Origin: Candidatus Limnocylindria bacterium
GTDB lineage: Bacteria > Chloroflexota > Limnocylindria > QHBO01
Direction: 5' to 3'
Length of the DNA stretch: 45,135 nucleotides
Assembly (NCBI GenBank): GCA_039917955.1
Contig: JBDSIN010000083.1
Coordinates: 1-45,135, forward strand
Under the pieces are notes generated by a model. It saw nothing but the letters and a program-made list of their open reading frames with translations, had not been told where the DNA came from and did not search any database. Below are positions 9,721 to 19,878 of this stretch, in pieces (the stretch's first letter is position 1; the number at the start of each line of letters is the position of its first letter). A program made the position numbers and the translations under genes.

Positions 9721-9926
9721 CAGGCGTCCTTCTCGGTGGCGGCTCCGCCGGCAAGCGGCTCCTCGACCGTCAGCAGGAAGGCGACGCGGCGAAGCATCCC
9801 ACGGTTGACGGGTGTATCGGCGATCTCGATTGTCTGCTGCAGCCGATGCAGCCCGAGCGCGCGGATGGTACCGCGAGCTGCGGCCCTGTGGCCGATTGTC
9901 GACTTGACCCAGGTGACGCGAAGCAT
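9720..9926 (-). CDS. rpmD: 50S ribosomal protein L30
   Basis: Internal ATG of track ORF 9720..10205: MLRVTWVKSTIGHRAAARGTIRALGLHRLQQTIEIADTPVNRGMLRRVAFLLTVEE... (68 aa). The stop overlaps the rplO ATG (ATGA). Confidence 0.9.
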   Translation of the reverse strand: MLRVTWVKSTIGHRAAARGTIRALGLHRLQQTIEIADTPVNRGMLRRVAFLLTVEEPLAGGAATEKDA

Positions 9927-9951
9927 TGCACCCGCGTCCGGCCCCACCCTC

Positions 9952-10539
9952 CTATCGGCCACGTGAGCCTCCGAACGGGAATGCGGGGGCGGGTCGTGCG
10001 ATGACCTCGTGCGGCTTGCGGGCCGCCTCGGCACCGCGCTTTCCAAGCAACTGCTCCGCGGTCTTGCCACGGGCAGCCGCGATCGCATCCGCGGAGCGCA
10101 GCGAGCGCAGGCACTCGACGGTCGCGCGGACGACATTGATCGGATTGTTGCTGCCCATCGACTTGCTGAGCAGATCGCGGATGCCGGCCGCCTCGGCCAC
10201 CGCACGAACCGAGCCGCCCGCGATGACGCCGGTGCCCTGTGAGGCAGGTCGCAGCATGACCGTGCTCGCCCCGAAGTCGCATGTCACCGCGTGCGGGATG
10301 GTCGCCCCGACGAGGGGAACCTTCACGAGGTGCTTCTTGGCATCCTCCACGCCCTTGCGGATCGACTCGGGGACCTCGCCGGCCTTGCCAAGGCCGACGC
10401 CGACGATCCCGTTGCCGTCGCCGACGACCACCACGGAACTGAAACTGAAGCGACGACCGCCCTTGACGACCTTGCTGACCCGGTTGATCTGGACGACCTT
10501 CTCTTCCAGGTTGAGCTTTGTTGCATCGATGCGAGCCAT
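9952..10539 (-). CDS. rpsE: 30S ribosomal protein S5
   Basis: Internal ATG (10539) of track ORF 9952..10773: [33 protein letters not shown]... (195 aa). The upstream part of the ORF overlaps rplR out of frame. Confidence 0.94.
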   Translation of the reverse strand: MARIDATKLNLEEKVVQINRVSKVVKGGRRFSFSSVVVVGDGNGIVGVGLGKAGEVPESIRKGVEDAKKHLVKVPLVGATIPHAVTCDFGASTVMLRPASQGTGVIAGGSVRAVAEAAGIRDLLSKSMGSNNPINVVRATVECLRSLRSADAIAAARGKTAEQLLGKRGAEAARKPHEVIARPAPAFPFGGSRGR

Positions 10540-10549
10540 GATTCCTCCG

Positions 10550-10906
10550 CTACAGGTCGAGGCCGCCCTCGCGGGCGCCCTCGGCGAGCGAGCGAACCCG
10601 CCCGTGATATCGATACCCGCCGCGGTCGAGTACCACGGCCGAGACGCCGGCCGCTCTGGCACGCTCGGCAATCGCACGACCAACGGCGTGCGCCGCCGAA
10701 GTCTTGCCGGGACCGCCACCCAGAGCCGCCTCGCGGCTCGATGCGGCCGCCAGGGTGTTGCCGGTGGTGTCATCCACTACCTGGGCGTAGATGTATTTGG
10801 CGCTCCGGAAGACGGAAAGGCGCGGCCGCTCGGTGCTGCCGGAGATCCGGAGGCGCAGGCGCTCATGCCGCTTCCGCCGCAGGGCGTCGCGTGATGGAGT
10901 GTTCAT
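10550..10906 (-). CDS. rplR: 50S ribosomal protein L18
   Basis: 118 aa, ...[18 protein letters not shown]...[28 protein letters not shown]. Confidence 0.95.
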   Translation of the reverse strand: MNTPSRDALRRKRHERLRLRISGSTERPRLSVFRSAKYIYAQVVDDTTGNTLAAASSREAALGGGPGKTSAAHAVGRAIAERARAAGVSAVVLDRGGYRYHGRVRSLAEGAREGGLDL

Positions 10907-10908
10907 GC

Positions 10909-11460
10909 TTACTTCGCTCCTCCGACCTTGCCGGCCTTGCCGGCCTTGCGCAGGATCACCTCACCGGTGTACCGGATCCCCTTGCCCTTGTACGGCTCGG
11001 GCTTGCGTCGTGATCTGATGTACGCCGCCATCTGACCGACGAGCTCCTTGTCAGCGCCGAATACGGCCAGGCGAGTGGGCGTCTCCACCTGGAAGGTGAT
11101 CCCCTCGGGCGCGCTCACCTCCACCGGGTGGGAGTACCCGAGCGCGAGCACCAGCTTGGTACCCTGCAATTGCGCCCGGTAACCGACCCCGCTGATCTCG
11201 AGCCCCTTGGTGAATCCCGTCGTGACACCGGCGACCATGTTTGCCACGAGGGTGCGGGTCAATCCGTGCAGCGCACGGTGACGCGGCTGATCCGTCGGAC
11301 GGATGATCCGCAGCTCGCCCGCCGTCTGCTCCAGCTGCATCTCAGGGTGAAGTTCTCGCTCCAGTGTGCCGAGCGGCCCGCGCACGCGCAGCGCGCGACC
11401 CTCCAGGCTCACCTCCACGCCCGCGGGAAGCGCGATGGGCAGTCGACCGATTCGTGACAT
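10909..11460 (-). CDS. rplF: 50S ribosomal protein L6
   Basis: 183 aa, [21 protein letters not shown]...GYSHPVEV...[11 protein letters not shown]. Confidence 0.95.
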   Translation of the reverse strand: MSRIGRLPIALPAGVEVSLEGRALRVRGPLGTLERELHPEMQLEQTAGELRIIRPTDQPRHRALHGLTRTLVANMVAGVTTGFTKGLEISGVGYRAQLQGTKLVLALGYSHPVEVSAPEGITFQVETPTRLAVFGADKELVGQMAAYIRSRRKPEPYKGKGIRYTGEVILRKAGKAGKVGGAK

Positions 11461-11471
11461 TGCCTTCGCTC

Positions 11472-11870
11472 CTACCAGACGTAACAGAGGACTTCGCCGC
11501 CAAGGTTCAACTTCCGGGCCTGCTGGCCGGTCATGATCCCGCGGGAAGTGGAGAGGATTGCCAGGCCGAGCCCGCCCAGGACGCGCGGGATCTCGGTCTT
11601 GCGGGCGTAGACCCGCAATCCCGGCTTGCTGATGCGCTTCAGGCCGCTCATCACCGGGGTATGTCCTTCGACGTACTTCAACCGGACGCTGAGCAGCTCC
11701 ACGACGCCGTCCTGGGCGGTCGTGAACGACTCGATGAAGCCCTCGTCGGCAAGGATCCGCGCGATCTCGCGCTTCACACGCGACGATGGCATGGTCAGCT
11801 CACGGTGCCTCGCCGCGCCCGCGTTGCGAATGCGGGTCAGCATGTCGGCGATCGGGTCGGTTACGTTCAT
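11472..11870 (-). CDS. rpsH: 30S ribosomal protein S8
   Basis: 132 aa, [22 protein letters not shown]...GGEVLCYVW. Confidence 0.96.
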   Translation of the reverse strand: MNVTDPIADMLTRIRNAGAARHRELTMPSSRVKREIARILADEGFIESFTTAQDGVVELLSVRLKYVEGHTPVMSGLKRISKPGLRVYARKTEIPRVLGGLGLAILSTSRGIMTGQQARKLNLGGEVLCYVW

Positions 11871-11969
11871 CTAGGTGTCATATCTCCTCGGCGGTGGTTC
11901 GCGTCCCGCATCCGCGCGGTGGGCGCCTGCCGCTGATCTGGCCGCCATTCGGCGGTACGTTGCGTCGCG

Positions 11970-12155
11970 CTACCAGCTCGACTTGGTCACGCCCGGCAGC
12001 TGGCCCTCGAGGGCGCGCTCCCGAAAGCAGATTCGGCACAGCGCGAAACGACGCATGTAGGCGCGCGGGCGCCCACACACGGCACATCGGTTGTGCTGCT
12101 GGACCGGGAATCGCGGCGCTCGCCGCGACTTCGCAATCATGGACTTCTTGGCCAC
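11970..12155 (-). CDS. rpsZ: 30S ribosomal protein S14 type Z (61 aa, zinc-binding)
   Basis: GTG start at 12155 preceded by GAGGAG. (V)[60 protein letters not shown]. The upstream part of track ORF 11970..12224 is rejected. Confidence 0.92.
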   Translation of the reverse strand: MAKKSMIAKSRRAPRFPVQQHNRCAVCGRPRAYMRRFALCRICFRERALEGQLPGVTKSSW

Positions 12156-12168
12156 TCGGCTCTCCTCG

Positions 12169-12894
12169 CTAACTGGCCTGGAACGGCATGCCGAGCAACT
12201 CGAGGAGCTTGCGCCCCTCCTCATCGGTCTTTGCCGTGGTCACGATGCTGATCTCAAGGCCACGAAGCCGATCGATCTTGTCGTAGTCGATCTCGGGGTA
12301 GACGAGCTGCTCGCGCAGCCCGATGCTGAAGTTGCCTCGCCCGTCAAACGAGCGCGGGGTGATGCCTCGGAAGTCACGAATCCGCGGGAGCGCCAACCGC
12401 ACGGTCCGCTCCAGGAAGTCATACATCCGAAGCCCACGAAGCGTGACCTTGGCGCCGATCGGCATGCCGGTCCGCAGGCGGAACTGTGCGATCGATCGCT
12501 TGGCGCGCGTCACGGTCGGCTTCTGGCCCGTGATCCGCGCCAGATCACCGACCGCAGCGTCGAGCGCCTTGGCGTTCTGGATCGCTTCGCCGAGGCCGAT
12601 GTTGACGACGATCTTGTCGAGGCGCGGGATCTGCATCGGGTTCGCATACCCGAACTCGCGCTGCAGTGCCGGCACAACCTCGTCGGTGTAGCGCATCCGC
12701 AGCCCGCTGCGGGCAAGAGTTGGAGCGGCTGGGGCCGCCGGCGCCCTGGTCGAGGCCTTCTCCGCCGTGGGCGCGGCCGTGGCCGGGGCCTTCGTTGGCC
12801 TGGTCGCCTTGACTGCCTTGGTCGGCTGGGTCGCCTTCACCGGCTTGGCGGCCTTGGAACCGCGCGCGACGGGTGCCTTCTTCTCGGGGCTCAA
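12169..12894 (-). CDS. rplE: 50S ribosomal protein L5, probably with a ~66-aa Lys/Ala/Pro-rich N-terminal extension (start uncertain: TTG 12894, or at minimum ATG 12696)
   Basis: Conserved core ...[41 protein letters not shown]... to the stop at 12169. The frame is open with high GC3 back to a TTG that overlaps the rplX stop (TTGA), with GAGG 7 nt upstream. ATG 12696 would clip the conserved N-terminus and leave a 195-nt gap. Confidence 0.85.
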   Translation of the reverse strand: MSPEKKAPVARGSKAAKPVKATQPTKAVKATRPTKAPATAAPTAEKASTRAPAAPAAPTLARSGLRMRYTDEVVPALQREFGYANPMQIPRLDKIVVNIGLGEAIQNAKALDAAVGDLARITGQKPTVTRAKRSIAQFRLRTGMPIGAKVTLRGLRMYDFLERTVRLALPRIRDFRGITPRSFDGRGNFSIGLREQLVYPEIDYDKIDRLRGLEISIVTTAKTDEEGRKLLELLGMPFQAS

Positions 12895-13220
12895 CTCGTC
12901 ACCTCGATCTGCTCGCCGCAGTGCTTGCAGACCCGGATGTGGCGCGCACCGTCCTCGAGGAGGGCATGGCCGACCCGCGTCGGCTTGTCGCAACGCGGGC
13001 ACACCACCTGGACGTTCGAGATGTGGAGGGGAACCGGCAGATCCAGGATCCCCGCCTGCTGGGTGCGGCTCTGCGGGCGCTTGTGCCGCTTCGCCATGTT
13101 GATGCCGGGGACCACCACTCCGAGGCCGCGCTTGGTGCGCTCGATCCGCTCGACGGTTCCGCGCTTGCCGCGGTCTTTCCCGGCGAGCACGAGCACGGTA
13201 TCGCCCTTCCTGATATTCAT
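12891..13220 (-). CDS. rplX: 50S ribosomal protein L24 (Cys4 zinc-ribbon variant)
   Basis: [26 protein letters not shown]... (109 aa from ATG 13220), with CPRC...CKHC near the C-terminus. The longer track start (13241) would overlap rplN. Confidence 0.92.
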   Translation of the reverse strand: MNIRKGDTVLVLAGKDRGKRGTVERIERTKRGLGVVVPGINMAKRHKRPQSRTQQAGILDLPVPLHISNVQVVCPRCDKPTRVGHALLEDGARHIRVCKHCGEQIEVTS

Positions 13221-13221
13221 C

Positions 13222-13590
13222 TCACAGGACCTCAGGGGCAAGCGACACGATCTTCATGTAGTTGCGCTCTCGGAGCTCGCGCGCAACCGGTCCGAAGATG
13301 CGTGTCCCGCGCGGACTGCCCTGCGGCGTGATCAGCACGGCGGCGTTTTCATCGAAGCGGATGTGGCTGCCATCGGGGCGGCCGTACTCCTTGGCCGTGC
13401 GAACGATGACCGCCCGCACCACGTCGCCCTTCTTGACCCCGGAATTGGGCAGCGCCTGCTTGACGCTGGCGACGATCACGTCACCAACCTCTGCGGTATC
13501 GGCGCTTGAACGGCCGATCACGGTGATGCACATCAATTCGCGCGCGCCGCTGTTGTCGGCCACGCGCAGCCGGGTGGTCTGGCGGATCAT
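13222..13590 (-). CDS. rplN: 50S ribosomal protein L14
   Basis: 122 aa, [22 protein letters not shown]... Confidence 0.97.
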   Translation of the reverse strand: MIRQTTRLRVADNSGARELMCITVIGRSSADTAEVGDVIVASVKQALPNSGVKKGDVVRAVIVRTAKEYGRPDGSHIRFDENAAVLITPQGSPRGTRIFGPVARELRERNYMKIVSLAPEVL

Positions 13591-13862
13591 GCGTCGCCGA
13601 CCATCTCTTCGCCCGAGCCGCGGGCGACCACCTCGACCACGCGCCAGCGCTTGTCACGCGAGATCGGGCGGCTCTCTTCGATGCGCACCGTGTCACCCAC
13701 GTGCGCCGTGTTCTCCTCGTCGTGCGCCTTGAACTTGCTCGACAGCCGGACCACTCGCTTGTAGACCGGGTGCCGGCGCAGTCGCTCGATACTGACCACG
13801 ACCGTCTTGTCCATCTTGTCGGAGATGACTCGTCCGACCTTTATTCGTCGCTTGCCTTGCAT
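13587..13862 (-). CDS. rpsQ: 30S ribosomal protein S17
   Basis: 91 aa, ...[30 protein letters not shown]... Confidence 0.95.
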   Translation of the reverse strand: MQGKRRIKVGRVISDKMDKTVVVSIERLRRHPVYKRVVRLSSKFKAHDEENTAHVGDTVRIEESRPISRDKRWRVVEVVARGSGEEMVGDA

Positions 13863-14089
13863 CAGCTGGCCTTTTCGGTTTCGGCGATCACGGCCGCGGC
13901 CGTGTGTTGGCGTTCCGTCATCACGGTCAGGATGCGAGCGATCCGCTTGCGGGTCGCGGGCAGCCTGCTGTAATTCTTCTCCTGGCGCGTGGCGAGGTCG
14001 AAGCGGATCTTCCAGAGGTCCTGCTTCGCATCCACCAGCGCGTTCTCGAGCTCGTAATCGGAGAGGTTCCGAATCTCGTTAATGTCCAT
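13862..14089 (-). CDS. rpmC: 50S ribosomal protein L29
   Basis: 75 aa, [36 protein letters not shown]... Confidence 0.92.
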   Translation of the reverse strand: MDINEIRNLSDYELENALVDAKQDLWKIRFDLATRQEKNYSRLPATRKRIARILTVMTERQHTAAAVIAETEKAS

Positions 14090-14504
14090 GCTCGACCCCC
14101 TCCTTCACCACGAATTTCGTCTGGATCGGCAGCTTGTGGCTCGCCAGGCGCATAGCCTCACGGGCGATCGTCTCGGGGACACCTGACATCTCGAACATCA
14201 CTCGTCCGGGCTTCACGACCGCCACCCAGTGATCGGGTGCACCCTTGCCGGAGCCCATCCGCACCTCGGCCGGCTTCTTGGTGACCGGCTTGTCCGGGAA
14301 GACCCGGATCCAGATGCGACCGCCTCGCTTGATGTGATGGGTCATCGCGCGCCGTGCCGCTTCGATCTGACGGCTGGTGAGCCAGCAGACCTCCTCGGCC
14401 ATCAATCCGTACTCGCCGAAGCTGACCAGGGTGCCTCCCTTGGCAATTCCGGAGCGTCGCCCGCGCTGGACCTTGCGGTGCTTGACCCTCTTTGGGAGCA
14501 GCAT
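14079..14504 (-). CDS. rplP: 50S ribosomal protein L16
   Basis: 141 aa, [25 protein letters not shown]... Confidence 0.97.
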   Translation of the reverse strand: MLLPKRVKHRKVQRGRRSGIAKGGTLVSFGEYGLMAEEVCWLTSRQIEAARRAMTHHIKRGGRIWIRVFPDKPVTKKPAEVRMGSGKGAPDHWVAVVKPGRVMFEMSGVPETIAREAMRLASHKLPIQTKFVVKEGVEHGH

Positions 14505-14507
14505 CGA

Positions 14508-15260
14508 TCAGGCCTCCCCGTCAGTCGTGGTCGGCTCGGCGACCGCGGCAGGGGCGGCAGTGGCAGACGTCGCCGCGCGAGTGCGTCCGCGAGTTGGTCG
14601 TTGGCGCGGCTCGGTGCGGGCCGTACCGGGCCGCTCGCCGAGCTGGTCGCCGCGATAGATCCAGACCTTGACGCCAATGCGCCCATAGGTGGTCCGGGCA
14701 TGCACCACGCCGTAGCTGATGTCGGCGCGCAGCGTGCCCAGCGGGATGCGCCCCTCCTTGTCCCACTCGGTTCGGCTCATCTCGGCGCCGCCGAGGCGAC
14801 CGGCGACCTGGATCTTCACGCCCTTGGCGCCAGCCTTAATGGTCCGCTGCACAGTCTGCTTGACCGCCTTGCGGAAGGCGATCCGGCGCTCAAGCTGTCC
14901 GGCCACGTTCTGGGCCACCAGCACGGCGTCCAGTTCCGGCTGCAGGACCTCCTTGATCTCGAGCTTGACCTTCTTATCGGTCTGCTTTCCGATCGAGTTG
15001 CGCAGCAGCTCAACATTCTGGCCACCCTTGCCGATGACGATCCCCGGCTTGGCCGAGTGCACCGTGACGGTGACGTGGTTGATGCCTCGCTCGATCTCGA
15101 CCTGGCTGACGCTCGCATTCGACAGCTGCTTGGCGACCAGCTGCCGGATCCGCATGTCCTCCTGGACCAGGATCGGGTAGTCGCGATCCGCGTACCACTT
15201 GGCCAGCCAGGGCTTGTTGATACCGATCCGGAACCCGTACGGGTGGACCTTGTGACCCAT
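14508..15260 (-). CDS. rpsC: 30S ribosomal protein S3 (with low-complexity C-terminal tail)
   Basis: 250 aa, [24 protein letters not shown]..., KH and S3-C domains. Confidence 0.96.
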   Translation of the reverse strand: MGHKVHPYGFRIGINKPWLAKWYADRDYPILVQEDMRIRQLVAKQLSNASVSQVEIERGINHVTVTVHSAKPGIVIGKGGQNVELLRNSIGKQTDKKVKLEIKEVLQPELDAVLVAQNVAGQLERRIAFRKAVKQTVQRTIKAGAKGVKIQVAGRLGGAEMSRTEWDKEGRIPLGTLRADISYGVVHARTTYGRIGVKVWIYRGDQLGERPGTARTEPRQRPTRGRTRAATSATAAPAAVAEPTTTDGEA

Positions 15261-15604
15261 CAGGACTCCTCTCGGTCAGCCACGGCGATGGTGATGTGGC
15301 TGGTGCGCTTCAGGATTGCAAAGGTTCGACCCTGCGCCCGCGGTCGGAATCGCTTGAGGGTCGGCCCCTCGTCGGCCACGGCGGACTCCACGTGGAGCTC
15401 GTCCGACGACAGGTTGAAGTTGTTCTCCGCGTTGGCGGTGGCGCTCTTGAGCACCTTGGCGACGTCCTTCGCGGCGGCGTTGGGCAGGAAGCGCAGGATG
15501 GCTGCCGCCTCCTCGACCGGCTTGCCGGCGATCAGGTCGGTGACCAGCCGCACCTTGCGTGAGCTGATCCGGATGTGCTTGGCGGTGGCGGTGACGCGCA
15601 TCAA
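15260..15604 (-). CDS. rplV: 50S ribosomal protein L22
   Basis: 114 aa, ...[28 protein letters not shown]... Confidence 0.95.
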   Translation of the reverse strand: MMRVTATAKHIRISSRKVRLVTDLIAGKPVEEAAAILRFLPNAAAKDVAKVLKSATANAENNFNLSSDELHVESAVADEGPTLKRFRPRAQGRTFAILKRTSHITIAVADREES

Positions 15605-15611
15605 TTCGCTC

Positions 15612-15896
15612 CTACTTCAGTGTGCTGGAGCGTTCGGTGGCCTTACCGTGGCCACGGTAATGACGCGTCGGCGCGAACTCGCCGAGCCGATGCCCGACCA
15701 TGTTCTCGGTGATGAACACCGGCACGTGGCGCCGGCCATCGTGCACCGCGATCGTGTGACCGATCATTGACGGAAAGATCACGCTCGGGCGCGACCAGGT
15801 CTTCAGCACCTTGTGCTCGTTGCGCTTGTTCATGTCGTCGATGCGGCCGATCAGGCGCGCCTCGACGAATGGTCCCTTCTTGACGGAACGACTCAT
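15612..15896 (-). CDS. rpsS: 30S ribosomal protein S19
   Basis: 94 aa, [15 protein letters not shown]...[33 protein letters not shown]. Confidence 0.97.
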   Translation of the reverse strand: MSRSVKKGPFVEARLIGRIDDMNKRNEHKVLKTWSRPSVIFPSMIGHTIAVHDGRRHVPVFITENMVGHRLGEFAPTRHYRGHGKATERSSTLK

Positions 15897-15905
15897 CGAG
15901 TTCTC

Positions 15906-16736
15906 CTAACCTCGCCCGTACCGACGGCGGACGATCATCTTGCCGGTCGTCTTGTTCTTCCGGGTTCGCAGGCCCATGGCCGGCTTGCCCCACGGCGTCT
16001 TGGGGGGCATGCCGGTCGGTGACTTGCCCTCGCCGCCGCCGTGCGGATGGTCGCGCGGGTTCATCACCACGCCACGCACTGTCGGGCGTCGGCCCTTGTG
16101 ACGGTTGCGTCCGGCCTTGCCGATGTTCTGGTTCTCGTGATCCAGGTTGCTCACCTGTCCGACCGTCGCCATGCAGGCGGCGCGCACGCGGCGCACCTCG
16201 CCGGATGGAAGGCGGATGGTCGCCATCTCGCCCTCCTTGGCGAGCAGCTGCGCGCTGCTGCCGGCGCTCCGTACGATCTGGCCGCCTCGTCCGGCCACCA
16301 TCTCGATGTTGTGGATCTGCGTACCGAGCGGGATCTTCGTGAGCGGCAACGCATTGCCGGCTCGCGGCTCCACGTCGGGGCCGGATGAGACCTTGTCCCC
16401 CACGCCGAGCCCGTGTGGCAGGAGCATGTAGCGCTTCTCGCCGTCGGCGTAGTGCAGCAGCGCGATGCGAGCCGATCGGTTCGGATCGTACTCAACGGTC
16501 GCGATGGTGGCAGGCACGCCGAACTTGTCGCGCTTCCAGTCGATCAGGCGGTAGAGCCGCTTGTGGCCGGCCCCCTGGTGACGGACCGTCAGCTTGCCCT
16601 GGGCGTTGCGACCCGCCTTGCGGACCAGGCTCTCTGTGAGCGGCTTGTGCGGCTCGCTGGTGGTGACCTCCTCGAAGGTCGAGCGGGTCATCTGACGGAG
16701 GCCAGGGCTGGTCGGTCGATAGCTGCGTAGTGGCAT
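15906..16736 (-). CDS. rplB: 50S ribosomal protein L2
   Basis: 276 aa, [15 protein letters not shown]...[15 protein letters not shown]... Confidence 0.97.
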   Translation of the reverse strand: MPLRSYRPTSPGLRQMTRSTFEEVTTSEPHKPLTESLVRKAGRNAQGKLTVRHQGAGHKRLYRLIDWKRDKFGVPATIATVEYDPNRSARIALLHYADGEKRYMLLPHGLGVGDKVSSGPDVEPRAGNALPLTKIPLGTQIHNIEMVAGRGGQIVRSAGSSAQLLAKEGEMATIRLPSGEVRRVRAACMATVGQVSNLDHENQNIGKAGRNRHKGRRPTVRGVVMNPRDHPHGGGEGKSPTGMPPKTPWGKPAMGLRTRKNKTTGKMIVRRRYGRG

Positions 16737-16740
16737 CCTG

Positions 16741-17037
16741 TTACACCGCCTCGAAGAGTTCGATCTTCTGACCGGCGGCGATGGTCACCACCGCCTTGCG
16801 CCAACCAGGCACGGTGCCCATCGTCTTGCGACCGCGCCGCTTCTGCTTGGGCTTCACCGACATGACGCGAACGCCGATCACGGTCACCTTGAACTCGGCC
16901 TCGACCGCCGCGCGAATCTGCAACTTGTTCGATTCCCGAGACACCTGGAAGGTGTAGTTGTTGCGCTCGGTCTGGGCGACGCTCTTCTCGCTGATGACCG
17001 GTCGGATCAGGATGTCGTGCACGCTTCCTGAGCTCAC
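16741..17037 (-). CDS. rplW: 50S ribosomal protein L23
   Basis: GTG 17037 in a GTGA overlap with the rplD stop. (V)[45 protein letters not shown]... (98 aa). The rest of track ORF 16741..17160 overlaps rplD. Confidence 0.92.
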   Translation of the reverse strand: MSSGSVHDILIRPVISEKSVAQTERNNYTFQVSRESNKLQIRAAVEAEFKVTVIGVRVMSVKPKQKRRGRKTMGTVPGWRKAVVTIAAGQKIELFEAV

Positions 17038-17663
17038 GCGTACACCTCCTGCGCCCGGGTCAGCGCGTCGCTGGTGAAGACGATCGTGTCGGCCTCCAGC
17101 AGATCGACCACGTTGAGGCTGTCGGCCAGGAGGATGCGAACTTCGCGCAGATTCCGGCACGAGCGCTCCACGATCGGGTCACGTCCGGCCAGCACCACGA
17201 GGACCTTGCCCCCGGCGTCCCACGCGACGAGTCGCTCGGCGAATGCCTTTGTGCCGATCTCGTCAAGGCCGAACCCCTCGACGACGCGCAAGGCCCCGTC
17301 AGCTGCCTTGGCGCTCAGCACGCCCTGCAGCGCAGCGCGGCGCATCTTGGCGGGCATCCGCTGCTCATAGCCACGGGGGTGCGGACCGAAGACGACGCCG
17401 CCGCCTCGCCATTGCGGTGCAGATCGGCTGCCGGCGCGCGCTCGGCCGGTCCCCTTCTGGCGCCACGGCTTCTTGCCGCCGCCGGCGACGCGTCCGCGCG
17501 TCAGGGTGTCCGCCGTCCCGACTCGCTTGCCGGCAAGCTGCCGGATCACGGCCTGGTGGATCAGCGCATCGTTCACCGGCGCGGCAAAGAGAGACTCAGC
17601 CAACTCGACGCTGCCCGCCTCCTTGCCCGTGGAATTGAGGATCTTGGTCTGCGGCATCGTCAC
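17034..17663 (-). CDS. rplD: 50S ribosomal protein L4
   Basis: 209 aa, ...RQLAGKRVGTADTLTRGRVAGGGKKPWRQKGTGRARAGS... Confidence 0.96.
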   Translation of the reverse strand: MTMPQTKILNSTGKEAGSVELAESLFAAPVNDALIHQAVIRQLAGKRVGTADTLTRGRVAGGGKKPWRQKGTGRARAGSRSAPQWRGGGVVFGPHPRGYEQRMPAKMRRAALQGVLSAKAADGALRVVEGFGLDEIGTKAFAERLVAWDAGGKVLVVLAGRDPIVERSCRNLREVRILLADSLNVVDLLEADTIVFTSDALTRAQEVYA

Positions 17664-18283
17664 TTCGCCTTCTGGACCAGCAGGAGTCCGTTGCGCGCTC
17701 CGGGGACGGCCCCCTTGACGAGGAGCAGGTTGCGCTCGTTGTCCACGCGCTCGACGACCAGCCGCTTGACGGTGACCTGATCGTCTCCCATGTGACCCCC
17801 CATCTTGGTTCCCTTGAACACGCGCCCTGGCGTCGTACCGGCGCCGATCGACCCGGGAGCGCGGATGTTGGTCGAGCCGTGGGTCTTCGGGCCGCGCTTG
17901 AAGTGGTGTCGGGCGATCGTCCCGGTGAAGCCGTGGCCTTTGCTCATGCCCGTCACGTCGACTAGGTCGCCGGGCTCGAAGAGGCTCACATCGAGCACCT
18001 GGCCAACCTCAAACCCTTCGGTCGAGTCGACCCGCACCTCGCGCACGTGGCGCGGTTGCTGCTGCTCCTTGGGGAGCGCCTTGAACTGGCCAGCGACCGG
18101 CTTGGTGACGCGCTTCGCCGAGCCCGCGCCGAGCTGCAGGGCGGAGTAGCCGTCCTGCTCGGTCGTGCGGAGCCTGGTGATGCTATTCGGGGTCGCCTCG
18201 ATGACGCTCACCGGGACGACGCTGCCGTCGTCCTTGAAGACCCGCGTCATACCGAGCTTGCGCCCGATCAATCCTGCCGGCAC
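17660..18283 (-). CDS. rplC: 50S ribosomal protein L3
   Basis: 207 aa, (GTG)[15 protein letters not shown]...[20 protein letters not shown]... Confidence 0.96.
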   Translation of the reverse strand: MPAGLIGRKLGMTRVFKDDGSVVPVSVIEATPNSITRLRTTEQDGYSALQLGAGSAKRVTKPVAGQFKALPKEQQQPRHVREVRVDSTEGFEVGQVLDVSLFEPGDLVDVTGMSKGHGFTGTIARHHFKRGPKTHGSTNIRAPGSIGAGTTPGRVFKGTKMGGHMGDDQVTVKRLVVERVDNERNLLLVKGAVPGARNGLLLVQKAK

Positions 18284-18316
18284 TGTTGTCTGTCTACCTC
18301 ACTGATGGCGGAAACT

Positions 18317-18337
18317 GGGGCGGATGCGATCCGCCCC
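18317..18337 (-). other. Perfect 9-bp GC hairpin in the rpsJ-rplC spacer
   Basis: Minus strand GGGGCGGAU-cgc-AUCCGCCCC, starting 4 nt after the rpsJ stop and followed by AGUUUCC. Function unknown (weak terminator, processing or stability element). Confidence 0.3.
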
Positions 18338-18341
18338 CGCT

Positions 18342-18650
18342 TCACATCTTGATCTCAATGTCCACGCCTGCGGCCAAACTCAGCCGCATCAGCGCATCCA
18401 CCGTCTTGGTCGACGGATCGATGATGTCGATCAGCCGCTTGTGCGTCCGGATCTCGAACTGCTCCCGGCCATCCTTGTGGACGAACGGTCCGCGGATGAC
18501 GGTGTACTTCTCGATCCGGGTCGGCAGTGGCACCGGGCCCGCCACGGCGGCTCCGGTCCGCTGCGCCGTCTCCACGATCTGCTCGGCCGACTGGTCGAGC
18601 AGCTTGTGGTCGTACGCCTTCAGCCGAATGCGGATGCGCTGTTTGGCCAT
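18342..18650 (-). CDS. rpsJ: 30S ribosomal protein S10
   Basis: 102 aa, [34 protein letters not shown]...; begins 4 nt after the tuf stop. Confidence 0.97.
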   Translation of the reverse strand: MAKQRIRIRLKAYDHKLLDQSAEQIVETAQRTGAAVAGPVPLPTRIEKYTVIRGPFVHKDGREQFEIRTHKRLIDIIDPSTKTVDALMRLSLAAGVDIEIKM

Positions 18651-18654
18651 CGAG

Positions 18655-19857
<1,203 letters not shown>

Positions 19858-19878
19858 GGTCTGTCCTTCGTCGCTCCT

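Noticed and set aside
12895-13002. N-terminal extensions implied by the first in-frame start of several track ORFs: rplE from 13002, rpsE from 10773, rplW from 17160, rpsL from 22982, rpsZ from 12224, yacL from 40721, clpC from 44759, the MIP gene from 31132, rlmB from 38490, rplX from 13241.
   Set aside because: The extensions overlap the preceding gene out of frame or have poor third-position GC. They also precede the family-typical N-termini, which have their own SD or overlap-coupled start codons.
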